Origin: Girardia tigrina
Lineage: Eukaryota
Direction of reading: 5' to 3'
Assembly (NCBI GenBank): GCA_001938485.1
Contig: MQRK01248166.1
Coordinates: forward strand, 1 to 58,376
DNA: 58,376 bases
Shown: positions 24,299 to 38,724 of the stretch, piece by piece
How the letters are laid out: every line of letters starts with the position of its first letter
How positions within the stretch are numbered: position 1 is the first letter of the stretch
Made by a program: the position numbers and the translations under genes
Notes under the pieces: model-generated
Seen by the model: the letters and a program-made list of their open reading frames with translations, nothing else
Databases searched by the model: none
What the model was told of the DNA's origin: nothing

Positions 24299-25520
24299 TT
24301 ACGTCTAGTAATAATTAATGTCATTTTAAAAACTATTTGAAACAAATTTATTTAAACAAACAAAAGAATTTAATCAGCAATGTTGTCACCTTTTTTCAGT
24401 TACTTGTGCCCAAGGTTCAGGTAAAATCTTAATACCTCTGTTATAAAATTCTTGTGATTTAGATTCAAAAAATTCTGTAAAGGCGTTTTTGATATACTCT
24501 TCATTTTCGAAATTTTTTTCCACTAAGAAAATGTTACAATGAACGAAACAAATGATAATCGGATGAACAATATCTGGAGAATATGATGGTTGTGGTAGAA
24601 CTTCCAACCACACCAGGTGTATTTTATCCGCATGAATCTTGTGGTATTTGGTTTTGCGTTACCATGATGAAGAATTACTCCCTCTGATTAATCAGCGTAG
24701 GTTCATTTTTTCTCAAGGTTTTCCAATTTGGCATTATACTTTCCACTTGTAATAGTTTGGTTGTTTGGTAAGATTTCAAAATGAAAAATACCTTTAAAAT
24801 TCCACCAAACACACAACATCTCTTTTTTCGCATGCAAGTCAGGCTTTGGCGTGGGTTTCGCTGATTTGATTTTGTCCAACCATTGAGGTCGTCTCTTCTG
24901 ATCAACATAAAGCACCAATTTTTCATCACCGGTAACAATTTGCTATAAAAACTTCAATCTGTCTTAACGAAAGAGGAGTGAACTACAGATTGAAACTTTT
25001 TGTTTGTGGTTAACTCATACATAACCCACTTTCAAACCTTGAACACCTTACCAAGTAACAGCAATTGATTGCAAAGAGTTTTTGCAAACAATCTAAAGGT
25101 GTCGCAAGCTATTGTTGCATAATTTCTAGATTTGTATTCACAAGAGCCTCAAGTGCTTCCTGGTCAAAATTAGACACACGGCCTCAACCATTCTCGTCAT
25201 TCAACTTTTTCAGCATTTTCTGACACAAACTGTATCTTGATCAAAAGCACTGGATATATTTTAGCAGCATCATTTGATTTTCTTGATAACTGGAACTTGT
25301 AAAGCATCCAATGCCTCATAAACTCTTCATCTGCCTTCCTTTACCACCTACATCGTAAAACATTCAACAGTTAAAACACAAAATATTTGCAATAAACTTT
25401 GTTAATTAAGCTTTACACTTTTTGATATACCACACTTTTGTATTTACCGCAGGTTTGTAGGTTATATTGATGCATTTAAACGAGGATCAAATAAATGACA
25501 TTAATGATTACTAGACCTAA
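24299..25520 (-). mobile_element. Mariner transposon, full length, decayed
   Basis: TIRs TTA(c/g)GTCTAGTAAT-ATTAATGTCATTT with TA duplication; TGDEK, LCVWWN and SYSPDI. Confidence 0.92.
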
Positions 25521-27446
25521 TATATTTAAGGTATTGAAATGTAATCATTGCATCATCATTACATCATTAAAAACTCTCAATAAAGTTATTGATTGTGCAT
25601 ATCAAATGTTAACTTTCCGATCTTATATAAAACGATTCACATGTCACTGTCTCCCCATAAATTTTAAATTGAGTGCATAGAATTTTAAAGAAACAGTATT
25701 TTTCAGTATAAAGATAAATAAAATCGATTTAAGTAATCACTTCAGAGAGGATTTGTCAGGAGCACAACATTGAATATCTTTTCCACAATGACTGCTTTAA
25801 TGAAGAACTTGATTGCTTGTTCATTTTTTGAGTTTTTAATTTTAATTTGAACAGTTAAGTTTTATCGAGGTGATTTTCAACAGAATCCATGAATTCGACT
25901 GTACTACATAACACTAGTCTTTTTTCATTATTAATAAAACACTTATTATCACGGAGATGTATTTTCCCAGGAACAAATTTGGTCAGTGAAATTTTCGGAT
26001 CTCGAATTTTATCAAGTGAGTTCTGCTTTGTGGGGCTATTGTTTTTATGAATCTTCCACAATTTTCGGCGGTCAACCCCAAAGAAGGCGAAAAAAGATTT
26101 TGCTGGTTAAGGACTGAAATATTGAGTGTCCGCCTGAGCCCTCTCCTCGATGATAGCATTTACTGCAATGTTCCTACGCCCAGGAATTCCAGACCGAGAT
26201 CGCAATACCGCAGTCACGTAACTGTGCGCACTCTTTTATCACCAATTGTATCTGTTGTCTTTTTGTATAATTCGGTTCGATATTTCTCTTTTATCCTACT
26301 AATAAGAATGTTAAGAAAAGAAATTTTGTGATTTGCTTCTGATTCTGTAAGGAATTTTTATTAATAAAATGACTTTTTATTTAAGAACGATTTACAAATA
26401 AATTATTTACAAAAGACATTTCTTAAACATTAAACGTTACTTAAAACTGATGAAAAAAAATAATTTATATTTTTTCATTGTTAATAATGTTTCTTTTTTT
26501 CCTAATAAGAATCATTTGAAAATCAAATATTAATAAACTTTGAGAATACTTGAAAATTGGATTTAAATTTTCCAAACTATTACTTTCGTTTGAATAGTCA
26601 TAAATAGATCGAGATGATAAAATTATTTCTGTTTCCTAATGATTATATTATAATGATCGGAGAGATTGTATCATTTTTGATATTATATTTCAATTTCAAT
26701 TAGCTGCTTTAATATATTGTAAAAGATTTGAGAAATATTATTTCATACTTTTACTTTTTTTTATAAATTCAATCATTTGTTAAACACTTGGCCTCCTTTT
26801 AGGTTCCAGAAGCTTCTCATCATTTGATCAACACGTGTATAGATAAACTAAAAACAGAGTCCAAATTTATTTTCATAATATATTTTAAATTTTTCAAAAC
26901 GGTATAATCATTTAAAAATATTTAATATTATTTATTGAGTTTAAATTCATCAAAATTAAGTTCGGTTTTCTAGTTTTTCTTTATTGTCGAAATTGTCTTA
27001 AATCTCTAAATTTTATCAATTATATTTGAAATTAAAGATAACGATCTGTTAATTAAATATTTTTAATTTAAAAATAAACACGGAAAACATATTAAAACTA
27101 TTATTTTATAAAAAATAAAAAACGAAAACTTTTCTTAAAAAGAGTTGATGAATATCTTGAAATAATATTTAGAAAATAAAATAAATATTTTTAATGCTTT
27201 TGATTTCAATTTTCCTTTCCTTAATTTACTTCCTCTAGATTGATCTTGAATTTCTATAAAAAAATTAATATATAAATATATTAATTTATGTAGTGTTTAA
27301 ATTAATTTATATAGTAAAATTAAATTAAATTAAATTAATTTTTTTAAATTAATTTAAATTAATTTAAATAGGAAATTTTTTTACAATTTAAAAAGTAAGT
27401 GAGTTCAATTAACTTATATTCTTCAGTATGTGATCGTAAATAAATA

Positions 27447-27880
27447 ATGTGAGGAATATGGGGTTTGTAATTGTTTTTTGTAGTGTTTGCATGTTTAAAT
27501 GTTGTGTATTGATCTGGGATTCTGCTTCTGCTCATCAGATGGATGATCAATATTTTAATTCTTATAATATGAAACTAATTTATTTATATCTAGATTTAAT
27601 ATCCTAATTTTTAATTTTTATTATTGCAACTTTTAAATAATTTTAATGATTTTATTTTTGTAAATTTTTAAATAATTAAAATCAAATTAATGTTTAAAAA
27701 TGACTACAAAAATATTTTATTTCAGTCAATAAAATTTAAATTAAATATTTTTAAATAAAATAATCTTCTCAAGTATAGTTCAGATTATGATGGGAGATAT
27801 TGAAAATTGAGTGATGGAATCTAGTGAAAGCCTTACTGTTGATCATCATAAAGATGATAAAAATGTGAATGTAATAAATG
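27447..27880 (-). pseudogene. Copy of unrecognised two-exon signal-peptide gene family (decayed)
   Basis: Exon 1 ends ...IFIIFMMINSKAF; downstream block homologous to 36360-36490 and 49478-49590, with stops. Confidence 0.45.
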
Positions 27881-29099
27881 TTCTGTCAAATTAACTAATG
27901 TAATTATACTTGCGATTTTAATTGAACAACATTTTCCTCGCCTGAGCTTTTATGGAGCATTTCGTGAAGAAATTATAATTATGTGTATATATTATATGTA
28001 TTATGTATGTATAATATATATGCATTACTTTAATTATTTATATATCTATATAATTTTTTAAATCATCTGAACTTTAAGAACAAAAGTTTTTAAAATGTAT
28101 ATATTTATTTGGAAATTTAAATAATTAAAATTCAATATTATTTTCCTGTCTTTTAAAGTTAAGCCTCTCGATTCTCACTGGCCAACACTTATTTTGAATG
28201 TCTCATTGATCCATCTATAGAATAAGATCAAAATAAGTTTGTTTTTGTACATTTGTTTCAAAAACCAGTTTCAGTAAAATTTGTAAAAGGTTAATAAATA
28301 TGACCCCTTTGCTTCGTTCAAGTAATCTAAATAAATAGAAGCTAAATTCGTAAAAATTCACCTTTAGTAGTTTGATTTATTTTGAACTTGATTCTTAAAG
28401 ATCATTACCATTGTTTTAGTCTTTCCTTGAATATAAAAAAATTAAAAGATTATAAAGATTTACTTTTCTTAATCAAAATATCATTTGTGTGACATTTATT
28501 CAAAATAATATTAACAATAAGGATACATATAAGAATAATCAGAGGAAGTGGAAGTAAAAAAAGAACAAATATAGCAAATGAAGCACTACAACTCACATTG
28601 CTATGTACTTAACCAAAGCAAAACCGAAAATTAAAGGTTTAAAATTAAGACCAGCAGTCACTCCAGAGGAAGAGAAACAAATATATAAAACCAGTAACTG
28701 GATTACAGAACCTGATTAAGAAGATTTGTGTGTGGGAGGCAGAGTCCCTAAATATCTGACACGATTTGGCAGCCAGAGAAATATTAAAATGAACGTTAAA
28801 AGATGGAAAATAAAAGAAACACTGCAAAAGGAATATATAATTATAAAAGACGATTCAGAATTTGTCACTTCTAATTAGAAAGTCGAAGAGATTCTGCAGA
28901 CAGGGAGTCGTGAGCTCCTTTTTGATAAGCTTAATAGAATGGGACATTCGCAGATGATTAACAACACCGAAAAAATGGGAGAATCAAATATACTTAAAAG
29001 AATACTTACTATTACTTATTACTTACTAATACTTATATTCATTGTTTTAAGGTAAAAATAAAAACAGTATAATTTATTGTTTGAAACAAATAAAAACTA

Positions 29100-29760
29100 A
29101 CAAATGAGGTTGTCGTTCCTCTTCCTTACTGCATAGGATTCGTACCAGTAGTATAGAACCGGAAAAAGTTTTGAAGTACTCAGAAATTAATAAAAATGGA
29201 CAGGGAAATGATTAAAAGTTTTAATATAACGCAAAAGTACACAATTCAAATTTGATGATAGCAATTAATAAAGATATGAAGATAAATATAACCGCATTTA
29301 GTATTTCATCATATAATAACTATTTATTAAAATTTCGAGCCTTTTTCACTCAGAATTTATCATTTGTTTCCATGAATGATGGGGAATTTTGGATCGAAAT
29401 TGATGAATTTGATAGCATAATTTCTCAACATTGGAGGTAATGACATTTTTGGAGATAAAGGACGTTCTTTTAAATCCCAAAGATTTTCTATGCAATCAAG
29501 ATCAATGGTTCTTGGAGGCCATTGAATGATATAATCATGAAAACGGACTTCATGAAACTCGTTTTGAACTATTTGACTACAGTGAATTTCACTGTTTTTT
29601 AGAAAAATTCTGAAATTTCAAATCTAAAATATTTGAATGGAAGTAAAAGAAAATTTTCTAATGCTTCAATGAATGAAAACTAATTTACTCGTCCAAAAAA
29701 GATTGAATAAAGCCGATTCCAAGGAATTGACTCATAACATAATTGGCTTATCACTACACC
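29100..29760 (+). pseudogene. Calpain-like pseudogene fragment (end of catalytic domain, start of domain III)
   Basis: In order: LLHRIRT, KWTGK*, NDGEFWIEIDEF, INGSW and LVQKR...HNIIGLSLH, matching calpain LIRIRNPWG..EWTG.W, DGEFW, G.W and LMQK...IGF. Confidence 0.55.
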
Positions 29761-29769
29761 TTCACTCTG

Positions 29770-30147
29770 ACGATCACCTAATTGAGGAATGGCCTGGGTC
29801 ACCTGTAGACTCTAATCAATCGAAAACTGTTGGGATGTCCTCAAGAATAACATTGCTGCTCTGAAGCCAACATCAGAAGCCGATTTGCATGAGAAGATTT
29901 AGCTTTGCATGGACATCTTCAATCTCAGCTGAATATTGCAAACACCTTGTCCACTTCATGCCCAAGCGAATCTCGGCAGTACTGAAGGCTAAGGTGGTCC
30001 GACAAAGTATTGACTCACATTTTATGTTCCCATCTATACTTTTCATGTCTCATTGGATTTCCGTGGGATTTGCCTGTGTGTTTAACAATATCAGATCATG
30101 TTTTTCAAAAAAGATAGGTGTTCCCAAACTTTTGGCCATCAAGGTAT
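29770..30147 (+). mobile_element. Tc1-like 3' fragment
   Basis: EEWPG.., HLVHFMPKRISAVLKAK; terminus gttcccaaacttttggcc. Confidence 0.75.
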
Positions 30148-32259
30148 ATTATACTTAAATGTTCTGAGCCATGCTTTCAAATGATGAATCTCATGTGATC
30201 GGTAAAAAATCGTGCATGTTTTATTAGAGATTAATTATTTGCTATTCACATCTTTTTGGAACATGAACAGTATCAAAGATCTTTCGTTGGGATGCTCCCA
30301 CTCTACACGAACCAAATATTTACCAGTAATTGATTCCGTGATTCTTCGTCCAAAACTTTAAAATAAACATTTAAGAAATATAAATGTTATGCTTTACATT
30401 TTTTATACTCCAAATATGAGAAAGAATCCGAAAAAAATTCTACTTGGTGTTGTTTCTATGTGTCACTTGTATATATTTATTTGCTATTAATTTGGCATCA
30501 AGCCAAAATTTGATAGTGTGAGGAAGGATTTCCTTAAATTTACTGTCATTTTAACCCTCTACCTCAAATGTTTAAGAATTTTTAGATCGATATTTTACCA
30601 TTTTTTTAATTTTAAATGTTCTTTTAATTTTAAACATTTTCCCAGTATGTATTTACAATTAAATCCAGAGTGCATTACTCGAAGCTCTTCTCAACAACGC
30701 GTCTAATATCATCAATGCCTGAGATTTGTTTCCTTTTCATATACCTCTTGTAGAAGAGTGTTCCAAGCACTGCTCTTGTCTGGTTTCTTCTCTTCTTTCT
30801 GGGTATTTTAACAAAGTTTCTGTAGTACTTTACGTTGTTAGTGAAGTTTATGGGCACAAAACCCTTGATATTTAGAAAAGTATAAATCATAAGTATCCGA
30901 TGGTTGGAAGTAGTAATATACTCATAAATGAATCTTTAATATCAGTTATTTTCTATCTTTTTGGATTTTGGAATACATGTGATAATAATTTGCTAGTTCT
31001 TGTACATATTATGATTGCTGTTTTCTAAGGGTTTATTACATGTTTTTCTCATTTCACAGGAAAATAAACGAAACACATTTTCTGTGGAGATTCAAACAAT
31101 AAAATATAATTTTTATAAGATCCATATTTTCCAACAGAACGAATATATAAAGCATATTTTGTTTTAATTTAATTAAAATATTTTGCTGCCAAGGGCAAAA
31201 TATAATTCTAATCTTTAATTCTAGCTCTTGATTTTAATGCTTATAATTAAATGTTTAACAGGGAAAGATATTTTGATTTTGTTTCAAGAAATTTATTTGT
31301 AAAATATTTAATTTTGAATCCATTTTAACAATAATTACACTTTTCAAAAGAAATTAAATACGAAAACGGAAAATCAAAGGTTTTTATTTGTGCATATCAT
31401 TTTTTATTTATTTTTTTTATAATTTAATCATTATTTTTGTGTCTTCTGATGAAATGTCTCACAAAATGAATAAACTATTTTTATTATTAATGTATGACAA
31501 ATAATTCAAACAATATGAATTTAGTTATAGGTCCATTGAAAATTTTCAGTAAAAATATCTTAGATTTAAATTTTCGGGTCCCAAAATTAATTCCTAGGCA
31601 AAATCTTTAGGGTAGCCTTACAAATGCCCTTCCAAATAATGTTGGGAAAGAAAAGGATAAGAAATAATTTTTTTTCTATTTTAAAAGTTTTCCCCAATTT
31701 TCCCAACAAAATCAGAGAATATTCTCCAAATTCTTTGATTTAAAAAATAAATTATTAAATAAAAAAGTAGTCTTACAGAAAAAAATTAAAATGCACATAT
31801 ATAAATAGAAATAAAAAAAAATAAAAAAATAATACATATTAAATAATAAAATAAATAAAAATATATATAAATAGTATGTTTCGTTAATTTTAAAAAGAAC
31901 TCTAAATGTGTAGGAAGAATAAAAAGTCCTTAAACTTGTAGAAAAAAAATTATTATTCAATTCAATTATTATTTAAACTTATTTCTTTAAAAATTACGAT
32001 AAAATTTTAAAGAATTTCTAAAAAAAATAAAATTCAAATACAAATTTTAATTTTGTGAAAAAAAAAGTTAAGAAATTTTCGACTTTTAAATGTAAATAAG
32101 ATAATTTATTTTTTATTTTTTTTAAATTACATTAAAGTTTCTTAAATTTTGGAAAGCATAAAAACAATCATAAAATTCAAAGCATCAATCAACCATGAAG
32201 GTAGGAGAGACACTTATCTAACACAACATATAACTGACAATATTAGAAGATATTCATCA

Positions 32260-32851
32260 TATAGGTTTGGTTAAAAAGTTTCTGCCGAAATTTCAATAAC
32301 AAATGAATATCAAAAAAGTATTTAATCATTAACGTCACATAACGCATTTTTTCTTGTTTTAGCTCGCGGATCTTCTTTGAGAACTGTTAGTATCTCCTCT
32401 TCCAAATTGTATGACGGTCATCACCTGCGTTGCTCATACTTACAGACAAAGTTTCCACTATTGAATTTTGCTACCCAGTCTGAGCATGTTTTGAGGCCAA
32501 CTGTGCCTTCACCAAGGATGCAGTTGATTTCTTTATGATTATTGGCAATTGACGGTCCTCTCTTCCAGTTGTAACAACTGATTTTTCTAAGATCTTCTCG
32601 AGAAAACAGCATTTTCAGTACGAATAATCACTAGAGAAACGAGAACCATTCATAATAGATTTAAACAATGTTTAATTTTATACAAATTAAGTATTTTATT
32701 ATAAAAGTTTTGTTCAAATTGTAAAATTTTTAACATATATTGTTAACAAAACTACTGAAGAGTACATGGTAAACATTTCATTAACCGCGAATGCATAGAA
32801 CTAATTTTAGAAAGCTTTATTCATCGCAGAAACTTTTGAGCCAAACCTGTA
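32260..32851 (-). mobile_element. Internally deleted mariner (MITE-like)
   Basis: TIRs AGGTTTGG(t/c)T(a/c)AAAAGTTTCTGC; retains only the HTH-coding start (32421-32612). Confidence 0.85.
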
Positions 32852-32950
32852 TAATTGAAAGGGACATGAATTTTAAAATAACATAAACTTTACACATAAA
32901 GAATTTGATAAGTCAAATTTTATTTTAAAAATTCGAATTTTTTCCGATTA

Positions 32951-34433
32951 CCCTAAGTTCGTGTAGATAAGCCACTGCATATCTGAAGAAAAAAGTTAAA
33001 ACTTTTGAAAAAAATGTTCGGCTTACACATGGGGTCTTATATAATGCAAAATATTTATTCGGAAATTAAAAATTTCACAAATGAGAAAATAATAAAATTT
33101 TAAATTTAATACTTTTAATTAAAGCCACCAAATTCTTCATCTGATTCAATATTAAAATTTTCAAATAAGTCGTCAAAATATCTCGATATTTGAGTTCCAA
33201 GTTCTACTTCAGGTTCGTCATCCCCTGTACTTTTGTTGGACTCAGTAATCTCTGTTGAGACGTCATTGGAAGTCATAATTTTGTAAACTTTATTTTAAAG
33301 AATTATTTCATTTTAATTAATCGAACATTATTTTTAATTTACTTAAAATACAAATATGATTTTTAAAAAATATCAAAAATTTAAAGTTCACCAAAAGTAA
33401 CCCCAACATGGATAATCACAAATCATTGCCGATCAAAATTTTATTATAAAAACAGGTTTCTTCATGAACTAGTTTTGGTGCATCCTGGCACGTCTGATTT
33501 GTTGGGGATTTCAGCGGAGTGCACTGGGACATCGGTTTTCACGCCAGTACTGAGAGAGACCCACCATTGGGATTGTTTATTCGTCTCAGAAGTCAGGACT
33601 GATCAGGTGTTGCAGCAAATATCGAGCCGAAAATAATTGAGTTATAACACGAGAAATCCATCATACATAAAAAGTAGGTCGCTACTTTCGCCATACATAA
33701 CGGTACCAAATATCTTTTTTAACACAATTTAATTTTATTTCTTTCTAGCTGTCGACTATCCATTTACAAGCCTCTACATACGATGGTTTCTTCATTAATC
33801 CAAATTTAATATAGGAATTATAGCCATTTACCATCCACTTATCCCATTTCTCTCTTATTTTGTTTTTAAGACTTTTTGACATGAAGGTCAAATGTTTATA
33901 ACTTATAGGTTAGGCTATCGCTTATCACAACAATGCCTTAATATTTTCTGACTTTTTTGACATCATCTGTTAGATGTGAACGCACGGAATAGTAAATAAG
34001 AAGTGATTTCAAACAGAAAAATGAGTTTTTTTCCTTTTGCGCCACATGTTTTCCAACTAAAAACTAAATATTTCTGCAGTCAACCAACCTTTGAGGTTAA
34101 TATTAACAGTCATTCCTTTTGGCAACGATTCCTTTTTTGTTTTTCGTTTGAAAATGGCTAAAGGAGTGCATTTTGACCCATCAGCTGTTACACATAAAAC
34201 AACTGTGAAATTGCACTTTTCATTAGCAGTCGTTGAATTTTTTGTATCAATAGAGCCCTTGCTTTCGACATTGAAACCACTTGGCATATCAAAGCTAATT
34301 GGAACTTTATCCACATTGTTGATAGGCTACAGAGGGTCCGGCATATCTACATTAAGATTTTTATTTTAGAATTTATGCCATTTTCTGCACCTTTGCTTAT
34401 ATATAGGGTCGGCTTTTCTACACGAGCTTAGGG
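32951..34433 (-). mobile_element. pogo-family transposon, internally deleted
   Basis: TIRs TA|CCCTAAG(t/c)TCGTGTAGA(t/a)AAGCC; DKVPISFDMP...FTVVLCVTADGSK..P..IFK. Confidence 0.88.
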
Positions 34434-34599
34434 TATTTAAAAATATGTTTTCTTAGATTATATTATGAATTATTTATAAAAAAATATTATTAATTATTTA
34501 TGTGAGGAATATTTTGAATGTTGATGTGTTATGTGTATTTTGCATGTTTCAATGTTGTGTGTTGATTTACAAAAACCATGGGACTTCTTTTAATATGTT

Positions 34600-34775
34600 A
34601 TATAAGAATTCTTTTGTTTTGTTGCAGGATTGTAATAAATCGATGCATCTGTCATTGCCACCTACCATGTTCATGTCAGGTTAATACTATTCTCATAGTC
34701 TACAATGAATTTGCTTGCTCTATTGTTTGGTTGAGTATCCGGACAGCTATTGCTAGGTAATACTATATAAATGTT
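34600..34775 (-). pseudogene. Polinton/Maverick minor capsid (penton) N-terminus
   Basis: IYIVLPSNSCPDTQPNNRASKFIVDYENSINLT*TW*VAMTD fits the Y.LPSNS...N....F......I.L.G.WEVAL pattern; two in-frame stops. Confidence 0.75.
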
Positions 34776-34846
34776 CTCGAAGTGTTCTTGATTTCGTTTA
34801 TATATTTTAATGAATTAATACTCACTTCTTAAATGATGTTAATACT

Positions 34847-35259
34847 TCATTGATTTTTGATTATATTTTTATATGTAATCCAACTGGGATTTTTATACCC
34901 ATGCCATTTGACTAAATATTGTTTATTTTCCCCACTACCGTTGGATTTGATGATTTTCTCAACTCTACATACATCAGGCTTTTCAGGAAGAACCTGTAAT
35001 TCCTGTATATAGAACTTGCCTTGAACATCATCATCATCATCTATAATATCATACATTACAGGCATTTGTCTTGTATTTATTCCACATATTCGAAAAACTT
35101 CATCACTTCAATTATTGTTAAAGTTCTTGATAAAATGTGTTGTGCTTCCTTGACTAATACGAACATAGTCACCAATTTTATATTCAGGCTTCTCAAATTT
35201 CTTTGCATCACTCTGTAATGCACTGTACATGTCATTATTAACATCCACGGGACGAAGAC
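34847..35259 (-). pseudogene. Polinton integrase C-terminus with chromodomain
   Basis: YKIGDYVRIS...GKFYIQELQ...RVEKII...YLVKWHGYKNPSW. Confidence 0.88.
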
Positions 35260-36279
35260 TGTATTTAAATATATCCATTTGAAAATATACTTTAAACAAT
35301 AAAAAGAATTCGATATAATGAAATTGAATGTTGGGTATAACTATATCCGATCACAGTAAAAATAACGTATTAAAGAAATAACAAATAAAATAAAGGGGTG
35401 TCTGATTATAATACACAACGATTTAAATAACCGTTCGTTAATAAAAGAAAGTATTAATTAATTTTACCAAACTATATTGTCAAAATACCAGTTACAAATA
35501 TTTACAATTTAATGAGATAATACTAGAATATTAAATATCAAATGAATTCTAACGAGTCACTAAATAACGATGTAATAACTATAGTATAGAGTCCACCGAT
35601 CTTTAGATAAAAGATTATTTGGTTGTTTAATGATGGTTAGAATATTTATTTTTCTTTACCTTTTTTTTATTGTTAGGATTGATAAATCTATTAATACACT
35701 AACGCAGATAGGTTGAGGAAAATATTATAGGAGACATATTAATTATAGTAAAAACTATTTGATTTCAGACAACAAAATTTACGTAATGAGTAAATTTCAG
35801 ATGTTACTTGACGCTGGAACGGAAAGAATTTACTAGATTATGATATTCTGAATTTTGTTGGCCGATTTTTCAATCGAGAATCCGAAATAGATTGGTTACG
35901 AACGGAAAAATAATAAGACATATACCACTAATTCAAAGTAGCTTTTAAATCTTCGCTTTCGTCTTTTTGTATTTGTACCTAGTTATCGTGTCTCTTCAAA
36001 ATATGATATTGTTTTCCATTTCTTTAAAATTTATAAGTAGATTGGTAACATTTATAATTCAGCATAAAAATTGAATTTTCTTTGATACTTGTTTTCCAAA
36101 TTCTGTAATAGATTTTTATGGTATCAAATTTTCCAAATGTTAGATTAATAAAAATTTCGAATTTTTTTAATTCAAAGTCTATACCTAAATAAAATTTGCA
36201 TGAATTTTTCATTGACAAATCTTATTCTTAAGACTAAAAAATCACAATTAGAAATTTGGAAATAATTCGATAGAACATG

Positions 36280-36880
36280 ATGATAGATTGTTAAAATATT
36301 CGAGTATAAATTCCGATATTTTGAAACTCTTCCAAAATTTCAATTTCACTAGATGGGATGGTGAAGAATATTTTAAATTTGGTATGTTAAAATTGGTTTG
36401 TTGAATTTTGTATGTTGAGTTTAGTATTTGGAAATGTGTTTCTCCAACCCAGATGGAAAATTGGTATTTTGGATATTCACGATAAATAATTATTCGAGTA
36501 TAATTTGCATTTTAAAGTACAGCATAAGATATTTAAAAACTTTAAAAATATTAAATCGTTTCAAATTTTCATATTAAAAATTTAAATAAAGTAAATAGCT
36601 TTNNNNNNNNNNNNNAATTAAATAAATGTTCTTTCTTTACATAAAATCATTTTTTAAATAAAATTAATATGTAGATAAAATTATTACTAAAATTACAAAA
36701 TTTGAAATTTAAAAATAAAATCTGAAAATAATGAAAAATTTGTTCGAATAATTGTTTATTAAAAAAACATTAACTAAAAATCATCAATTCAGAACGATGT
36801 CGAATTACGAAAGCTTTGCTGAGAGTTATCCAAAAGACAATTCTAATTGTATTGAAAATAAAAGTTCGAAAAGCCATGTT
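36280..36880 (-). pseudogene. Best-preserved copy of the two-exon signal-peptide gene family
   Basis: Exon 1 MAFRTFIFNTIRIVFWITLSKAF|gtaatt; downstream frame EYPKYQFSIWVGETHFQILN. Confidence 0.5.
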
Positions 36881-36955
36881 GGTGTTCTTAATAGGGATCT
36901 TTGATAAAATTGAATCCGGATATATCTTCCACTATAGTGTTGAAGTCTCATTTAC

Positions 36956-36986
<31 letters not shown>

Positions 36987-37074
36987 TGTATTAAATATAT
37001 TCAATATTCAATATATTATATTAAATATTACATATATATTAAAATCAATATTTAATATTGATTAAAAAAATCAA

Positions 37075-37117
<43 letters not shown>

Positions 37118-37167
37118 AGGCATAAATATATTTATATAGGCATATAAAAGGTCTGTCTAATAATATT

Positions 37168-37889
37168 TTCCTTGACTAATACGAACATAGTAACCAATTT
37201 TATATTTAGGCTTCTCATATTTCTTTGCATCACTCTGTAATGCACTGTACATGTCATTAGTAACATCCACGGGACGAAGACCATTCAAACCTCGGTGTGG
37301 AGTATTATTATACCTCTTGATAAGTTAAGGTAGGACCGTATACCATACTTTTTTACCAATATGTGTTACATATTTTGTAATCTTTCTTATCAATGTGCGA
37401 TTGAATCATTCAACAATACATGAAAACACTGAATAATGTTTGATTCCATACTTATCGAATATTGCCTTCACTTTACTATTGTAGAATTCATTACCTAAAT
37501 TAGTTTGTATAAATTTAGGCTGAACACTCTTCATCATTGTTTGAATTGCAACAACCATGTCTTTTGCCGTTTTTCTCTTTATAGGTACAGCACTAGCATA
37601 TCTACTGGATACATCAATGCAGGTCAGAATATATCTGTATTCCTTATTGATTTTCGCATATGGAATAATCTCGATTAAATCCATCTACCAGATCCAAATT
37701 CACTGACTTGGATAAGTACCTCCTCGTCGGGAATCTCTTCAATAATGGTTTGTTGAGACTGTATGCCAACTGCTGTCTCAACCATTTGTCTGCCTCCATC
37801 TTGCTGGTTTTTGATGCCTTTGCCATTTTTGATACGCTTCCGAAACCAGCTGGGTCTTCGGGGTTGAATCCTATCTTTTCCATCAACAC
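37168..37889 (-). pseudogene. Polinton/Maverick retroviral-like integrase (frameshifted)
   Basis: P..FGSV..., YILTCIDVSSRY, IQTNLGNEF, VE*FNRT, YNNTPHR and VRIS. Confidence 0.92.
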
Positions 37890-37994
37890 AACAATTGCAC
37901 TTAATATTCAATGCTAGATTAGGAAATGAAGACATTGAGCCCATATCGAACGTTTATATAATAATTCAATTACCGTTTATATTTGTTTTTTAGT

Positions 37995-38480
37995 ATTAGA
38001 ATCATTTTCAATGGCATCTAATGCCTTTTTCGTACCATATGATATAGCTCCACTCTCAACTGCTGGAACAATAAAACTGGCAAGCCAATGAAAGAATGCT
38101 ATTAAAGCAACCCATACAAAACCATCACCGTCTTGATTTCTTTGCTGATATTGTTTCTTTTTCTTTATTTCATGTAATACTTTGCATCAAAATAATTTGT
38201 ATTGGATTTTGTAGGTGATATAGTAAATCTTTGATTAAGAATATGTAGTTTTGTTTTTAATGCCCTTGCCTTGAACATTTTAAGTAATGTATCTTGATAC
38301 CTTTTCAAAACCTTTTGTAATTGCCAATTTTTACATTGCCAGCCACAATATTCATCAGAACTTCAATGAAATCCTTCTGTACAAATTCTGGGAACTTATA
38401 TAACAGATCCCATCTATTTGTTCCGCTTTTTAATAATTCTTCAAAATATGGAATACTTCTAGTAATGTGCTTCATCATCT
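37995..38480 (-). pseudogene. Polinton small conserved protein with Q.G.GF plus hydrophobic tail
   Basis: QDGDGFVWVALIAFFHWLASFIVP; located between the ATPase and integrase. Confidence 0.5.
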
Positions 38481-38724
38481 AACAAATCTAACTGTCATAT
38501 ATACTGTTTATAATAGTCTCCATGTCTGTGGTATTTTCTCAAAGTATTTTCGTGCAGTCATTACTTTTGCTATAGTTTCATAGATAGACTTTTGATTATT
38601 TGACTGCTTTAAAGAAACTTTATTTGATTTTTTTAAATCTAACTTCTTTGATTTCGTTTCAGAAACCCTCTTTGGTTTGGTTTTAACATATACTTTGGTA
38701 AAATTCATAATTAATATATTCATA

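Noticed and set aside
27515-27540. Minus-strand CTGATGA-GC-AGAA-GC-AGAAT hammerhead-like string
   Set aside because: No GAAA core or stem III, and it falls in a decayed exon copy
31712-31960. Hydrophobic F/I/Y-rich ORF
   Set aside because: Low-complexity AT-rich sequence with no coding evidence
33400-33690. GC-elevated island inside the pogo element, possible LTR or SINE
   Set aside because: No clear termini, duplication or A/B boxes identified
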